Assembly: GCA_963666985.2 (NCBI GenBank)
Contig: CAXXIA010000001.1
Span: forward strand, 544,001 to 608,000
DNA: 64,000 bases
DNA from: Spirochaetia bacterium
Lineage (GTDB): Bacteria; Spirochaetota; Spirochaetia; DSM-2461
Reading direction: 5' to 3'
This document shows positions 1-9,267 of this stretch, piece by piece; position 1 is the stretch's first letter; each line of letters opens with the position of its first letter. The notes beneath the pieces were generated by a model. The model saw nothing but the letters and a program-made list of their open reading frames with translations, was not told the DNA's origin and searched no databases. The position numbers and the translations under genes were made by a program.

Positions 1-8
1 TGCGCCTG

Positions 9-44
9 AAAAGAAAAAGACCGGCCCACTCGGACCGGTCTTTT
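9..44 (-). terminator. Intrinsic terminator after tRNA-Cys (possibly bidirectional)
   Basis: Minus strand AGACCGGTCC-GAGT-GGGCCGGTCT hairpin followed by TTTTCTTTT; plus strand also ends in TTTT. Confidence 0.8.
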
Positions 45-50
45 CGTTTA

Positions 51-123
51 AGGCGCCGAGCGGACTCGAACCGCTGAATCATGGATTTGCAATCCACTCC
101 CTTAGCCTCTTGGGCACGGCGCC
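51..123 (-). tRNA. tRNA-Cys(GCA), CCA not encoded
   Basis: Reverse complement gives acceptor stem GGCGCCG/CGGCGCC plus U discriminator, anticodon arm TGGA-TTGCAAA-TCCA and T-loop GGTTCGAGTCC. Confidence 0.97.
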
Positions 124-133
124 GTGATGTAGA

Positions 134-162
134 AATATATCCAAATCTGAGTAAAAGGTCCA
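134..162 (-). promoter_or_regulatory. Candidate sigma70 promoter for tRNA-Cys
   Basis: TGGACC-17nt-TATATT ending 10 nt before the mature tRNA 5' end. Confidence 0.5.
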
Positions 163-176
163 GAACCTTCTATTTA

Positions 177-719
177 TTAGAACAAATAATCATCAGGAAG
201 CGGATTATAGTGCTCATCGACTTCATCTCGAATCTTGCCGAGAGGAAGACGAAAGAGGTTCATAATCTCTCCTCTGATTTCTTCATTGAAATCATCGCCA
301 TGATAAATAACGAAGCAATCATGATCAAAAAGGTAGACAACACGGCCGCGGGGGATGCTGTCGTATTCATCCCTCATATGCGGGGGAAGTCTCTTAAGAA
401 GACCTTTTTTCTCCATAATGAACCAAGCCGCATAATGGCCGACGGCATAATCGATACTGATTCTTGTTTGAACGGCTTTGCTGCATGGTGAAGATTCGTG
501 GTGAAAGAGCTTGCCGTTGTACGTCCAAAAGATACCGACCATGGGTTCCGTTTCATCGGATGGAAACGGAAGTGTTCGGCTGATTTGCTGATCGGGAGAA
601 ATCGTCTCACTCTCCGCATCCGTGCGATTATTCTTTGGAATGATCTGATTTTCGTCGGGCTGCCGCTGATAATTTCGGCTTGTTAACCGTTCGTTCAGAA
701 TATCGTCAAATAAACTCAT
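177..719 (-). CDS. Hypothetical protein with GIFW...GHY...EYDSIPRGRVVY...DEHY motifs
   Basis: 180 aa ORF, ATGA overlap with upstream gene; motif pattern resembles an uncharacterised family. Confidence 0.75.
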   Translation of the reverse strand: MSLFDDILNERLTSRNYQRQPDENQIIPKNNRTDAESETISPDQQISRTLPFPSDETEPMVGIFWTYNGKLFHHESSPCSKAVQTRISIDYAVGHYAAWFIMEKKGLLKRLPPHMRDEYDSIPRGRVVYLFDHDCFVIYHGDDFNEEIRGEIMNLFRLPLGKIRDEVDEHYNPLPDDYLF

Positions 720-1870
720 TGTTCTGTTGTTATATATCGCATGATGATTGAAGCGGCCTCTTCGCTTCCCATTTGGCCGGAGAAAACCAAGCGGCCGATA
801 CGCGCATAGGCCTCATTAAAGCGAAATCGGGATAATCTCGTGGGCAAAGATGCATCTTCCGACGCATCACCGATGAGGCATTTTACGATGTCGTTTAATA
901 AGAGCCGGGATAGTTCTTCATTTCTTACTCCTGCAGGAACAGCGGCATAGGATTGATGAGTGATATCGGCGTAACCTTCGGGTGTTTCAATACGGATAAG
1001 TTTCTCAGAATTCAAAGGTGCCGTATTGTCTGCCGCATTCGGCAAAGTCATGAAAGCGGATTGAGATTCATCCGAAACGAATGCCAAGAGGAGATTCTGT
1101 TCGGTAGGAAGCTCCGAGTAATTCAGATTCATGGCATGTTCAAACAATAACGCGAGGTGTTTTTCCGGGCGCCCATCGAAACCGCAGAGGTTTTCGTCCT
1201 CAGCCTGCAAAACGGAAAAAACCGCATCGGAATCGCGCACATCAACCGTCTGAGGGAAATAGCTGCCCTCGAGGAAAACCAGATCCGGTAAGCCCTCGGC
1301 AGGAGCATCTCCGAGTAGGTTTATCGGATTGAGATTTGAACAACCTTCAATGTCCCTCCATTGAACTTCAACCCCGCGGAGCGCAAAGGCCGATTCAAGA
1401 TCCTTATAGAAAAGAGAATCGCTGAAAGTCCGCCAGATCTCAATTTTCTTATGGGGAAGGGGAAAAGGATTGCCGTTTACGGCTATTTTGATGGGATGAA
1501 TTATAATGTCGCTGCCGATTCGTACCTCCCAAATCCCATTGTGAAGTACCAGGAATGCATCGCCCTGAAGAGTCTCGCCCGGTTTCGCCGCATAACGAAT
1601 AGAGTGTCCTGATTCGGAAATGATTTCTAAAGAATCAATTGTATTCATCCAAGGGTAAAGACATGAGAGAGGAATGGCCGGAAGTCCGTCGATTTCTTCA
1701 GACGGCCGCGCAAGAGCCCGCAAGATTGAACGCTCCAGGACGCCGTGGCATTGATTATTGAGTGTTAAATCCAATGATTGAAGCGGAATAGCGGCGGCCA
1801 GGGAAAAACAAAAAAAGGTTAGCGCATAAAAAAAACGGTGCATATTAATACTATCGACCTGTTCACTCAT
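716..1870 (-). CDS. Hypothetical exported protein (start may be ATG at 1843)
   Basis: 384 aa ORF with signal-peptide-like MHRFFYALTFFCFSLAAA. Confidence 0.7.
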   Translation of the reverse strand: MSEQVDSINMHRFFYALTFFCFSLAAAIPLQSLDLTLNNQCHGVLERSILRALARPSEEIDGLPAIPLSCLYPWMNTIDSLEIISESGHSIRYAAKPGETLQGDAFLVLHNGIWEVRIGSDIIIHPIKIAVNGNPFPLPHKKIEIWRTFSDSLFYKDLESAFALRGVEVQWRDIEGCSNLNPINLLGDAPAEGLPDLVFLEGSYFPQTVDVRDSDAVFSVLQAEDENLCGFDGRPEKHLALLFEHAMNLNYSELPTEQNLLLAFVSDESQSAFMTLPNAADNTAPLNSEKLIRIETPEGYADITHQSYAAVPAGVRNEELSRLLLNDIVKCLIGDASEDASLPTRLSRFRFNEAYARIGRLVFSGQMGSEEAASIIMRYITTEQ

Positions 1871-1956
1871 TCAATGCAAAAAGATTTTATACAAAATTAA
1901 AAGCTCAAAATTCTACCAGCGTATAGACTTAGGCTTCTATAAGAATACGTTTGTTC

Positions 1957-3132
1957 TCATTCGCGCCGGAGAGCCGTTCTTAAAATCTTAATCTGCCGAT
2001 TGACCGCTGTAATGAATCTCTCCAGGTCTTCTTTCATCGTTAACGCTCCGATGGAAACTCGGATCATACCCGCTGCAACATCACCGGAAACGCCCATGGC
2101 CGTCATGGATTTCGGAAGTTTCCCTTTTTTATTGCTGCTGCAGGCAGAGCCGGTGGAAATCGCAAATCCTTCTTCGGCCAAGACTCTGGCCAGAACCTCT
2201 CCGGGAATGGGCGGAACGCTTAAGGCGATAATACCCGGTGCATAGAAGTTCTTTGGGGATAACCCCCGACGCGCTTCGGGAATAACCTTGCAGCCGTCGA
2301 TTTTCATGAGTTCTTCAAGCAGCCATCCTCCGAGCTCCGATACCTTTTCATTCGGGCGGCCGTATTTCTCCAGCGCTTCGGTCATGGCCAGAGCTCCCGC
2401 GACATTTTCAGTTCCCGGACGAATACCATGTTCCTGACCGCCTCCGCGGATAAGAACCTCGAATTGCGGATTGCGGTGATAGAGAAGTCCGATTCCCCTC
2501 GGACCCCGAAATTTATGAGCACTAAAAGAGGCCGTATCCAAATCGAGGGAACTCAAATCCACCGGAATCTTGCCGATCGCCTGAACCAAATCTCCGTGGA
2601 AATGAATGGGGCGGCCGCCTTTTTCCGCTTCAAAATCACGGATGGCCGCCGCCAATTCATCAAGAGGCATAACGGCGCCTGTTTCATTATTCACGCCCAT
2701 AACGCAGACCAGTCGTGTTTCCGGATTCTTTTCAAGAAGCGATCGAAGCCGAGAAGAGGAAATGCGCCCGTCGGATTCGGGCGGTATTTCTTTCATGCTC
2801 CAGCCTTGGGCGTCCAGCATTTTCGCCGTTTCGGTTACCGACGGATGTTCCAAAGAGCTGATAAGAATCGTACCGGGTTCACGCCGGAGGAGTCTTGAAA
2901 GAAGGACGATGGCGTTTGATTCCGTTCCGCCCGATGTAAAGGTCAGAGAACCGGAAGCGCATCCCAGAACGGCGGCGCAGCGATTCCGGGCTTCTTCCAG
3001 TACGGTTTTCGCCTTTTTCCCGAGGGGGTAGGGCGACGAGGGATTCCCGGAGTATTCCACGGCGGCGTCCGCCATGAGGCGCATGATTTCCGGATCCGGC
3101 GGAGCCGTGGCCGCCCAGTCGAGGTAAGTCAT
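1957..3132 (-). CDS. iscS: Cysteine desulfurase (group I, NifS/IscS-like)
   Basis: YLDWAATAP, FTSGGTESN, PLP-lysine SAHKFRGPRG, catalytic STGSACSS. Confidence 0.92.
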   Translation of the reverse strand: MTYLDWAATAPPDPEIMRLMADAAVEYSGNPSSPYPLGKKAKTVLEEARNRCAAVLGCASGSLTFTSGGTESNAIVLLSRLLRREPGTILISSLEHPSVTETAKMLDAQGWSMKEIPPESDGRISSSRLRSLLEKNPETRLVCVMGVNNETGAVMPLDELAAAIRDFEAEKGGRPIHFHGDLVQAIGKIPVDLSSLDLDTASFSAHKFRGPRGIGLLYHRNPQFEVLIRGGGQEHGIRPGTENVAGALAMTEALEKYGRPNEKVSELGGWLLEELMKIDGCKVIPEARRGLSPKNFYAPGIIALSVPPIPGEVLARVLAEEGFAISTGSACSSNKKGKLPKSMTAMGVSGDVAAGMIRVSIGALTMKEDLERFITAVNRQIKILRTALRRE

Positions 3133-3136
3133 GGAT

Positions 3137-3526
3137 TTATTGTGACCTTTTTTTGCCGGTTCGGCCATCGGGTGCTTTCACGCTTCGCGTCGCGATAACA
3201 TCGGCGCCGGATTCCCGAATGTTCTCAATAAGAATCTTTCCTCTCAGAACGGGAGGAGTGGGACGAAGTCGTGAAATCTCTTCGAGAATGCCGGGAAAGA
3301 AGTCCGTGGAAACCGGCCGTGAAAGTCTGAGCGAGAGCATTTGAAAGTCTTTTCCGCTTATCGGTACGGATGTGGCGAGGTTCCTTTTGGGATGAAGAAC
3401 TTCATCCCGGCCGAAGTTCAGACCTTTGGGGCATTGGTTTCCTTCAACGGTAATATCCGTGCCTTCGGAGCGAACGATGAGATCGCATCCTTTGGGACAG
3501 AGCAGACAAGTCATTTCTTCAATCAT
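3137..3526 (-). CDS. DUF1667-family small metal/Fe-S-binding subunit
   Basis: CLLCPKGC...GNQCPKG; typical third gene of GlpA-like trios. Confidence 0.85.
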   Translation of the reverse strand: MIEEMTCLLCPKGCDLIVRSEGTDITVEGNQCPKGLNFGRDEVLHPKRNLATSVPISGKDFQMLSLRLSRPVSTDFFPGILEEISRLRPTPPVLRGKILIENIRESGADVIATRSVKAPDGRTGKKRSQ

Positions 3527-4772
3527 GAATCATCACCTTCAGATCTTCCTGCATGCCGCCGAGAGAGACCGATATACGGATTTCTTCGCTCGGAAGGACG
3601 TTCTTCAGCATCTGTTTCCCGTAAACGGTCCCCGTCCGGACTCCGATAATCTCCAGGTGCTGTTCACGGCCCGGCCGGGAGGCGCGAAGAGTGATTTCCT
3701 GTTCCGGAGTATCTTCGCTGATTTTTTGGGGCAGGCAGTAGCGGACACCCGGACCGGCCGAAAGGCTGTAATAAATCCGGTTTTGGAAGTCTTTTTGACT
3801 CCTGAGATATCGGGCCGCCGCTTCGCCGATTGAAAAGCCTTCTACGGACGCCATATCGGCGATGTCGTGAATGTGGAGCACATTGCCGCAGGCGAAAATT
3901 CCCGGAATCGAGGTCATTCCGGACTGATCGACCACAGCTCCGGAGGTGAGGGGATCAATCTCAATCCCGGCCTTTTTGGAGAGCTCATTTTCCGGAATCA
4001 AACCGACCGAGAGGATGAGCGTGTCGCAGCTAATCTTTTCTTCAGTTCCTGTAATGATGTTTCCGTCCGGATCGACCTTGCCGACAAGGACTCCTTCGAC
4101 TCTGTTCGTGCCGAAGATATCGACAACGGTTGAGGAGAGGTGAAGGGGGATTCCGTAATCCTTCAGACAGTGCCGAACATTTCGTTTCAATCCGTTGCAG
4201 TAGGGCATTTTTTCATAAACACCGAGAACGTTCATGCCTTCCAAAGTCAGCCTGCGGGCCATTATCAGACCGATATCGCCTGAGCCGAGAATCACCGCGT
4301 TCCTGCCGATTCGAAGGTTTCGCAGATTTACCAGATTCTGAGCGGAACCGGCCGTGAAGATGCCCGCCGGACGGGAGCCTGGGATTTCCAGCATTTCGCG
4401 TGTCCGTTCGCGGCAGCCCATCGCCAGAACAACGGCTCCGGCATCAACGATTCGGTAGCCGTTCGGCGTATTGAACGAAAGACGCCTTTCGGAAGAGAGA
4501 TCAAGAACCATGGCCGGCGATTCGATTTGAATGTCTTCATCCTGAACGTTTTGTATCATCGTTTCGGCATATTCGGGACCGGTCAGTGTTTCCTTATAAA
4601 GAAAGAGGCCGAATCCGTCGTGGATGCATTGGTTGAGAACGCCGCCCAAGACGGTATCGCGCTCCAAAAGAAGAACATCATCAATTCCGGCCCGCTTGGC
4701 GCCGAGCGCCGCCGCCATACCGGCGGGGCCTCCGCCGATAACGACGATATCATGGTATTCCGTTTTCACCAT
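3519..4772 (-). CDS. NAD(P)/FAD-dependent oxidoreductase (pyridine nucleotide-disulfide family)
   Basis: GGGPAG, GGVLNQCIHDGFG, AMGCRER, GSGDIGLIMARR, GIFACGNVLHIHD. Confidence 0.9.
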   Translation of the reverse strand: MVKTEYHDIVVIGGGPAGMAAALGAKRAGIDDVLLLERDTVLGGVLNQCIHDGFGLFLYKETLTGPEYAETMIQNVQDEDIQIESPAMVLDLSSERRLSFNTPNGYRIVDAGAVVLAMGCRERTREMLEIPGSRPAGIFTAGSAQNLVNLRNLRIGRNAVILGSGDIGLIMARRLTLEGMNVLGVYEKMPYCNGLKRNVRHCLKDYGIPLHLSSTVVDIFGTNRVEGVLVGKVDPDGNIITGTEEKISCDTLILSVGLIPENELSKKAGIEIDPLTSGAVVDQSGMTSIPGIFACGNVLHIHDIADMASVEGFSIGEAAARYLRSQKDFQNRIYYSLSAGPGVRYCLPQKISEDTPEQEITLRASRPGREQHLEIIGVRTGTVYGKQMLKNVLPSEEIRISVSLGGMQEDLKVMIHD

Positions 4773-4779
4773 CGAAACT

Positions 4780-6228
4780 TCAATCCTTTATCCGGCCGTA
4801 GAAGAGTTCCGTGCCTTCGCCGCGTTTCGTCAGCCGACCGGAATCGATATTCCGTTCTTCCAGAATTTGGACGATTCTCGGCGTGCAGAAGGCTCCCTGA
4901 CATCGGCCCATTCCGCATCGGGTCCGCCGCTTAACGGCGTCCAGAGTCGGCCTTCCCGGCAGGGAATCCAGGGCTCTTTCAACTTCCATGCGGGTAACCG
5001 ATTCGCAGCGGCAGACCATCTCGCCCCATCGGGAGTCTTCTTCAACCATCCGTTGACGTTCCTCAGGCGGCATATCGGCGAACCTTCGATGATCATTCCG
5101 AATAATTCGAAAATCCTTCTTTTTGGCCGGATTTTCCGAGCGCGAGATGATTTGCAGGACACGTTCGGCGATGGCGGGCGCGGAGGTGAGCCCGGGCGAT
5201 TCGATGCCGATCAGGTTGATGAAACGCGGAACCTCAAGAGACTCCTCGATAACGAAATCCTTGAATTTTTCCTTGCTGTTCGGATCGACCAGTTTGGGGC
5301 GTATACCGGAGTAGGCGTGAATAATCGGGATTTTTTTCAGTTCCGGCATCAGCTCGAAGGCCTCGGCTTTCAGCTGATCGGTTATTGACCGCGTTGTCGC
5401 CACATCCTCTTTGTTTCCCGTGTACTCCGCGGAAGGTCCGATAAGAATCGTGTTTTCCATTGTCGGGGTAACATGAACCCCGAGTCCCGGACCGTCTTTT
5501 GGGGGTACCGGATAAACCGGCATCTTGAGGCCCAAATCATCCGCTTTATCGGTAATAAGATATTCTCCTCGATACGGAAAAATCGTGTAATCCTCGATGC
5601 CGACCATCCGCGCGATGGAATCGGATTCCATTCCGGCCGCGTTGATAACCCAGCGGGTTTTGATTTCTTCATGGTCGGTAACCACGATAAAATCGCCGCC
5701 GTCTCTGCGGATGGAACGAATGGGTTCTTCCAGCAGAATCTCCGATCCGTTTGCCGCGGCGTTTTCGGCTAAAGCAATGGTGAAATGATAGGGTGATATG
5801 ATTCCCGTATGGGGCGACCATAAGGCCCATTGGCCTTCCGCCAAAGGCTCTAGTTCCTTGATCCGTTTTCGGTCGATGATTTCAAGATCGGGAGAACCGT
5901 TGGCATCGCCCTGTTCCTTCAAGAGTTGAAGTCTGTCTCGGCCCTCATCGTCGAAGGCCACAACGAGCTTCCCTGTTTTCTTATGCGGAACGCCGAGGGA
6001 TTCCGCAAGTCCGTAAATCGTCTTCAGTCCGGCGACATTCATTTGCGCCTTGAGCGTTCCTTTCGGAACATTAAAGCCGGCGTGAATCACGCCGCTGTTG
6101 GCTTTGGAAATCCCTTCGGCGACATCGGCGTTTTTTTCGATGAGTAAGGAGCTCAGTTCATACCGGCTTAAAGCGAACTGAAGGCAGCATCCGATAACTC
6201 CGCCGCCGATGATTGTTACATCGTTCAT
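4780..6228 (-). CDS. FAD-dependent oxidoreductase, GlpA/LhgO-like, with C-terminal BFD-like [2Fe-2S] domain
   Basis: GGGVIG, SKANSGVIHAG, GIESPGLTSAPAIA, CRCE...RCGMGRCQGAFC. Confidence 0.9.
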   Translation of the reverse strand: MNDVTIIGGGVIGCCLQFALSRYELSSLLIEKNADVAEGISKANSGVIHAGFNVPKGTLKAQMNVAGLKTIYGLAESLGVPHKKTGKLVVAFDDEGRDRLQLLKEQGDANGSPDLEIIDRKRIKELEPLAEGQWALWSPHTGIISPYHFTIALAENAAANGSEILLEEPIRSIRRDGGDFIVVTDHEEIKTRWVINAAGMESDSIARMVGIEDYTIFPYRGEYLITDKADDLGLKMPVYPVPPKDGPGLGVHVTPTMENTILIGPSAEYTGNKEDVATTRSITDQLKAEAFELMPELKKIPIIHAYSGIRPKLVDPNSKEKFKDFVIEESLEVPRFINLIGIESPGLTSAPAIAERVLQIISRSENPAKKKDFRIIRNDHRRFADMPPEERQRMVEEDSRWGEMVCRCESVTRMEVERALDSLPGRPTLDAVKRRTRCGMGRCQGAFCTPRIVQILEERNIDSGRLTKRGEGTELFYGRIKD

Positions 6229-6437
6229 ACGCTAATTTCCGGAGATCGGCATGAATGTTTTTCGGATCGGTCCGATATTATACGATCGACATAGTTTGAC
6301 ATGGATTCGAGTTCGTTGCGGTTGAGTCGATTATGCATGATTAAGGGGATTATATTCTCAATGGCGTCCGGTATCCACATAGGATGATGCTTCTTTTTTA
6401 AGCCGCTTATGATTTTCGATGATCGAGGTTCCATCAA
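6225..6437 (-). CDS. Possible small hypothetical protein
   Basis: 70 aa ORF whose stop overlaps the next ATG (ATGA); no recognisable motif. Confidence 0.25.
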   Translation of the reverse strand: MMEPRSSKIISGLKKKHHPMWIPDAIENIIPLIMHNRLNRNELESMSNYVDRIISDRSEKHSCRSPEISV

Positions 6438-6514
6438 TCCGGTTCCCGCTCTTTATCCCTTCATGCTATCCTTTTTTTGTTCATTCAACGCTACATTCCG
6501 GAGCCAACCCTGAG

Positions 6515-7387
6515 GTGTCGTCCAACATTGCCGCAATAATTACTCTGGCCCGGCCCAAACATTGGATTAAAAACACATTTATTTTGGTTCCGCTTTTTCT
6601 CACTTTCCGGTTTTCCGATGTGCCTTCTCTTTGCCGGGTGGCGGCGGTTTTTGCCGTCTTTTGCGCGGCTTCATCCGCCGTATATGCCGGGAACGACATT
6701 GTCGACCGTGAAAGAGATCGGCTTCACGATACGAAACGGCTTCGTCCCGTCGCTTCAGGGTTACTCAGCGTATCGGCCGCGTTGGTCTTCTTCATACTTT
6801 TAACGGCTATTTCTCTTGCGGCGGGTTTCTTTCTCTCACCATCAACAGGTTTTTATGTTCTTATTTATCTCGGACTGAATGCCTCCTACACGTTCTGGCT
6901 GAAACGGATCGCAATTGTGGATGTTTTTGTATTAGCCGCGGGATTTGTAATCCGTGTGCTTGCCGGTGCCGAAATTATTGATGTTTCGATATCTCACTGG
7001 ATGATCCTTATCACCATCTTCCTTTCTCTGTTCCTGGGATTCGGGAAGCGCTACAGTGAAATACTGAAAGAAAACGCCGAAGAGCATCGAAGAGTTCTTT
7101 CCGCGTATACCCCCGAGGTTTTGAAAATTTATGTGGTGATGTGCGGCATTCTTTCCATAGTCACGTATGCCTTTTATACCATCGACAGTCATGTGGCCAA
7201 ACGATTTTTTACCTCTCGACTTCTTTACTCCATTCCCGTGGTAGCTTTCGGATTGTTCCGATATATCCTGCTGGTTATCGGCCGGGGAGAAGGGGGAGAT
7301 GTGGCGGATCTTGTTATTAAAGATAAAGTTATCCTTGCGTCTCTTCTTATGTGGGCGGGCATCATATTATGGGCGCATCGATGGTAG
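6515..7387 (+). CDS. UbiA-family polyprenyl-phosphate phosphoribosyltransferase (DPPR synthase-like)
   Basis: RPKHWIKN, YAGNDIVDRERDRLHDTKRLRPVASG, GFVIRVLAG, GFGKRYSE; multiple TM segments; GTG start assumed. Confidence 0.88.
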   Translation: MSSNIAAIITLARPKHWIKNTFILVPLFLTFRFSDVPSLCRVAAVFAVFCAASSAVYAGNDIVDRERDRLHDTKRLRPVASGLLSVSAALVFFILLTAISLAAGFFLSPSTGFYVLIYLGLNASYTFWLKRIAIVDVFVLAAGFVIRVLAGAEIIDVSISHWMILITIFLSLFLGFGKRYSEILKENAEEHRRVLSAYTPEVLKIYVVMCGILSIVTYAFYTIDSHVAKRFFTSRLLYSIPVVAFGLFRYILLVIGRGEGGDVADLVIKDKVILASLLMWAGIILWAHRW

Positions 7388-7815
7388 AAGCCTTTGGGAG
7401 ACTTTTAGAATCCAGAAGTTCTGGTGCGATTATTGTTAAATATGTGATTTTCGCAGGTCTCTCCATCGGCGCAAACTTGTTCTCTCAATGGCTGACGGGA
7501 AAGATTTATAACGGCCGCTATGATATTTGGGCTATGTTGGTTGTCGGAACCGGCATCGGTCTTGTCGTGAAATATTTTCTGGATAAAAGATATATTTTTT
7601 TCTTTGCCGCCGAATCTCAAATCCATGATTTGAAGACCTTCATTTTTTATGTCGGAATGGGGCTTATTACAACCGCCATGTTTTGGGGTACGGAGCTTAT
7701 TTTTAATGCATTTGCAGACCGAGAGGCGGCGAAATATATCGGCGGAGGCATCGGGCTGTGCGCCGGCTACATTACAAAATATTTTCTTGATAGAAAGTGG
7801 GTATTTAAAGCATGA
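7381..7815 (+). CDS. GtrA-family membrane protein (putative lipid-linked sugar flippase)
   Basis: Four TM helices with repeated KYFLDKRYIF / KYFLDRKWVF motifs. Confidence 0.82.
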   Translation: MVEAFGRLLESRSSGAIIVKYVIFAGLSIGANLFSQWLTGKIYNGRYDIWAMLVVGTGIGLVVKYFLDKRYIFFFAAESQIHDLKTFIFYVGMGLITTAMFWGTELIFNAFADREAAKYIGGGIGLCAGYITKYFLDRKWVFKA

Positions 7816-8849
7816 AAGTTCTTATAACCGGCGGCGCCGGATTTCTCGGGATTAATTTGGTTCGTCATCTTCTATCGAAAGGTGCCGATGAGATCGTCAG
7901 CCTTGACTTACTGCCGTTCGACTATCCCGAACGGGATAAAATTACGGAGATAACCGGCGATATTCGTAACCGGGCGGCAGTGGAGGCGGCCGTAACGGGC
8001 GCCGATGTCGTCGTCCATGGTGCGGCGGCCTTGCCGCTTTATACCAAAGAGGAAATTCGAACAACCGATATAGACGGCACGCGGTGTGTCTTGGAAGCCG
8101 CTTTTGCGGCGGGAGTAAGCCGGTTTGTGCATATTTCTTCCACCGCCGTTTATGGTATTCCCAATCATCATCCCTTATTCGAGGATGATGAACTTGATGG
8201 TGTCGGACCATATGGTGAAGCGAAAATCGCCGCCGAGGAAATCTGCCTGGAATACCGAAAAAAGGGAATGTGTGTTCCGATTATCAGGCCGAAATCGTTT
8301 ATCGGGCCGGAGCGTCTCGGAGTTTTTGCGCTGCTCTATGACTGGGCTAAAGACGGTCGGGGATTTCCAATGATAGGCCGGGGGGATAATCAATATCAGC
8401 TTCTGGACGTGGAAGATCTCTGCGAAGCCATTTGGCTGACCATAACCTTGGAATCCGATAAGGCGAACGATACGTTTAATATCGGGGCCGAGGAATTCAC
8501 AACAATGAAGGAGGATTACCAGGCGGTACTGGATCGAGCGGGATTTGGAAAGAAAATCATCGGCTTCCCAGCCGGACCCGTTATCATTTCTCTTAGAATC
8601 CTCGAGGCTCTGAAACTTTCGCCCCTGTATAAATGGGTGTATGAAACCGCGAGCAAGGACTCGTTCGTTTCCGTGGATAAGGCTAAGGAAAAGCTGGGAT
8701 TTATGCCGAAGTTCAGCAATAAAGACGCTCTTGTTCGAAATTACGAATGGTATATCGACAATCTCGATTCGTTCGAGAACTCCAGCGGCGTAAACCACAG
8801 AGTTCCCTGGAAACAAGGGATTCTTAAAATGGCCAAAAGGTTTTTCTGA
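7812..8849 (+). CDS. Extended SDR, NAD-dependent epimerase/dehydratase
   Basis: TGGAGFLG, SSTAVYG, YGEAK; ATGA-coupled to the GtrA gene. Confidence 0.9.
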   Translation: MKVLITGGAGFLGINLVRHLLSKGADEIVSLDLLPFDYPERDKITEITGDIRNRAAVEAAVTGADVVVHGAAALPLYTKEEIRTTDIDGTRCVLEAAFAAGVSRFVHISSTAVYGIPNHHPLFEDDELDGVGPYGEAKIAAEEICLEYRKKGMCVPIIRPKSFIGPERLGVFALLYDWAKDGRGFPMIGRGDNQYQLLDVEDLCEAIWLTITLESDKANDTFNIGAEEFTTMKEDYQAVLDRAGFGKKIIGFPAGPVIISLRILEALKLSPLYKWVYETASKDSFVSVDKAKEKLGFMPKFSNKDALVRNYEWYIDNLDSFENSSGVNHRVPWKQGILKMAKRFF

Positions 8850-8873
8850 GCACTTTTTCAGACGAAATGCTTC

Positions 8874-8902
8874 TTGTTCCAATTCATATATAGTGATAAA
8901 CT
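8874..8902 (+). promoter_or_regulatory. Candidate extended -10 promoter, leaderless arsR
   Basis: TTGTTC-17-TAAACT with TG upstream of the -10, ATG 7 nt later. Confidence 0.5.
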
Positions 8903-8909
8903 AAATATT

Positions 8910-9191
8910 ATGATCGAAAATAACTGCTGTTCCGATGAACTTCTTGAAGGATATGCCCAGAAACTTAAGGTTTGCGGCCATCCTCTGCGTTTAAAAATAC
9001 TGTGTCTCATTGAAAAACAAGACTCCTGCGTTTCGGATCTCTGGCAGTGCCTCAGTCAGCCTCAACCGGTTATCAGCCAGCATTTGGCGGTACTTAAAGA
9101 TAAGGGTATCGTTGAATCAACGACGGAAGGGAATAGGCGGATTTATCGAATTGCCGATGAATTTGTTCGAGAAATCATCGTGAAATTCTAG
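8910..9191 (+). CDS. ArsR/SmtB-family transcriptional regulator
   Basis: GHPLRLKIL, QPVISQHLAVLK..GIV, EGNRRIY winged HTH; Cys-rich. Confidence 0.88.
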   Translation: MIENNCCSDELLEGYAQKLKVCGHPLRLKILCLIEKQDSCVSDLWQCLSQPQPVISQHLAVLKDKGIVESTTEGNRRIYRIADEFVREIIVKF

Positions 9192-9267
9192 ACAATATAC
9201 ATCATATTTTTAAATTCTTCGAAAAAGCCTTTCATTGATTCAACTCACTTACTGGTTCTTTTCGGCA

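Noticed and set aside
51..123. tRNA-Cys as integration site of the glycan island
   Set aside because: The tRNA 3' end points out of the window, and no duplicated 3' fragment or integrase was seen
4624..5388. Long antisense ORFs (also 8175-8882, 26552-27391, 41675-42481, 48417-49478, 58291-59361, 61816-62529)
   Set aside because: Shadows of well-supported genes on the opposite strand, with no motifs
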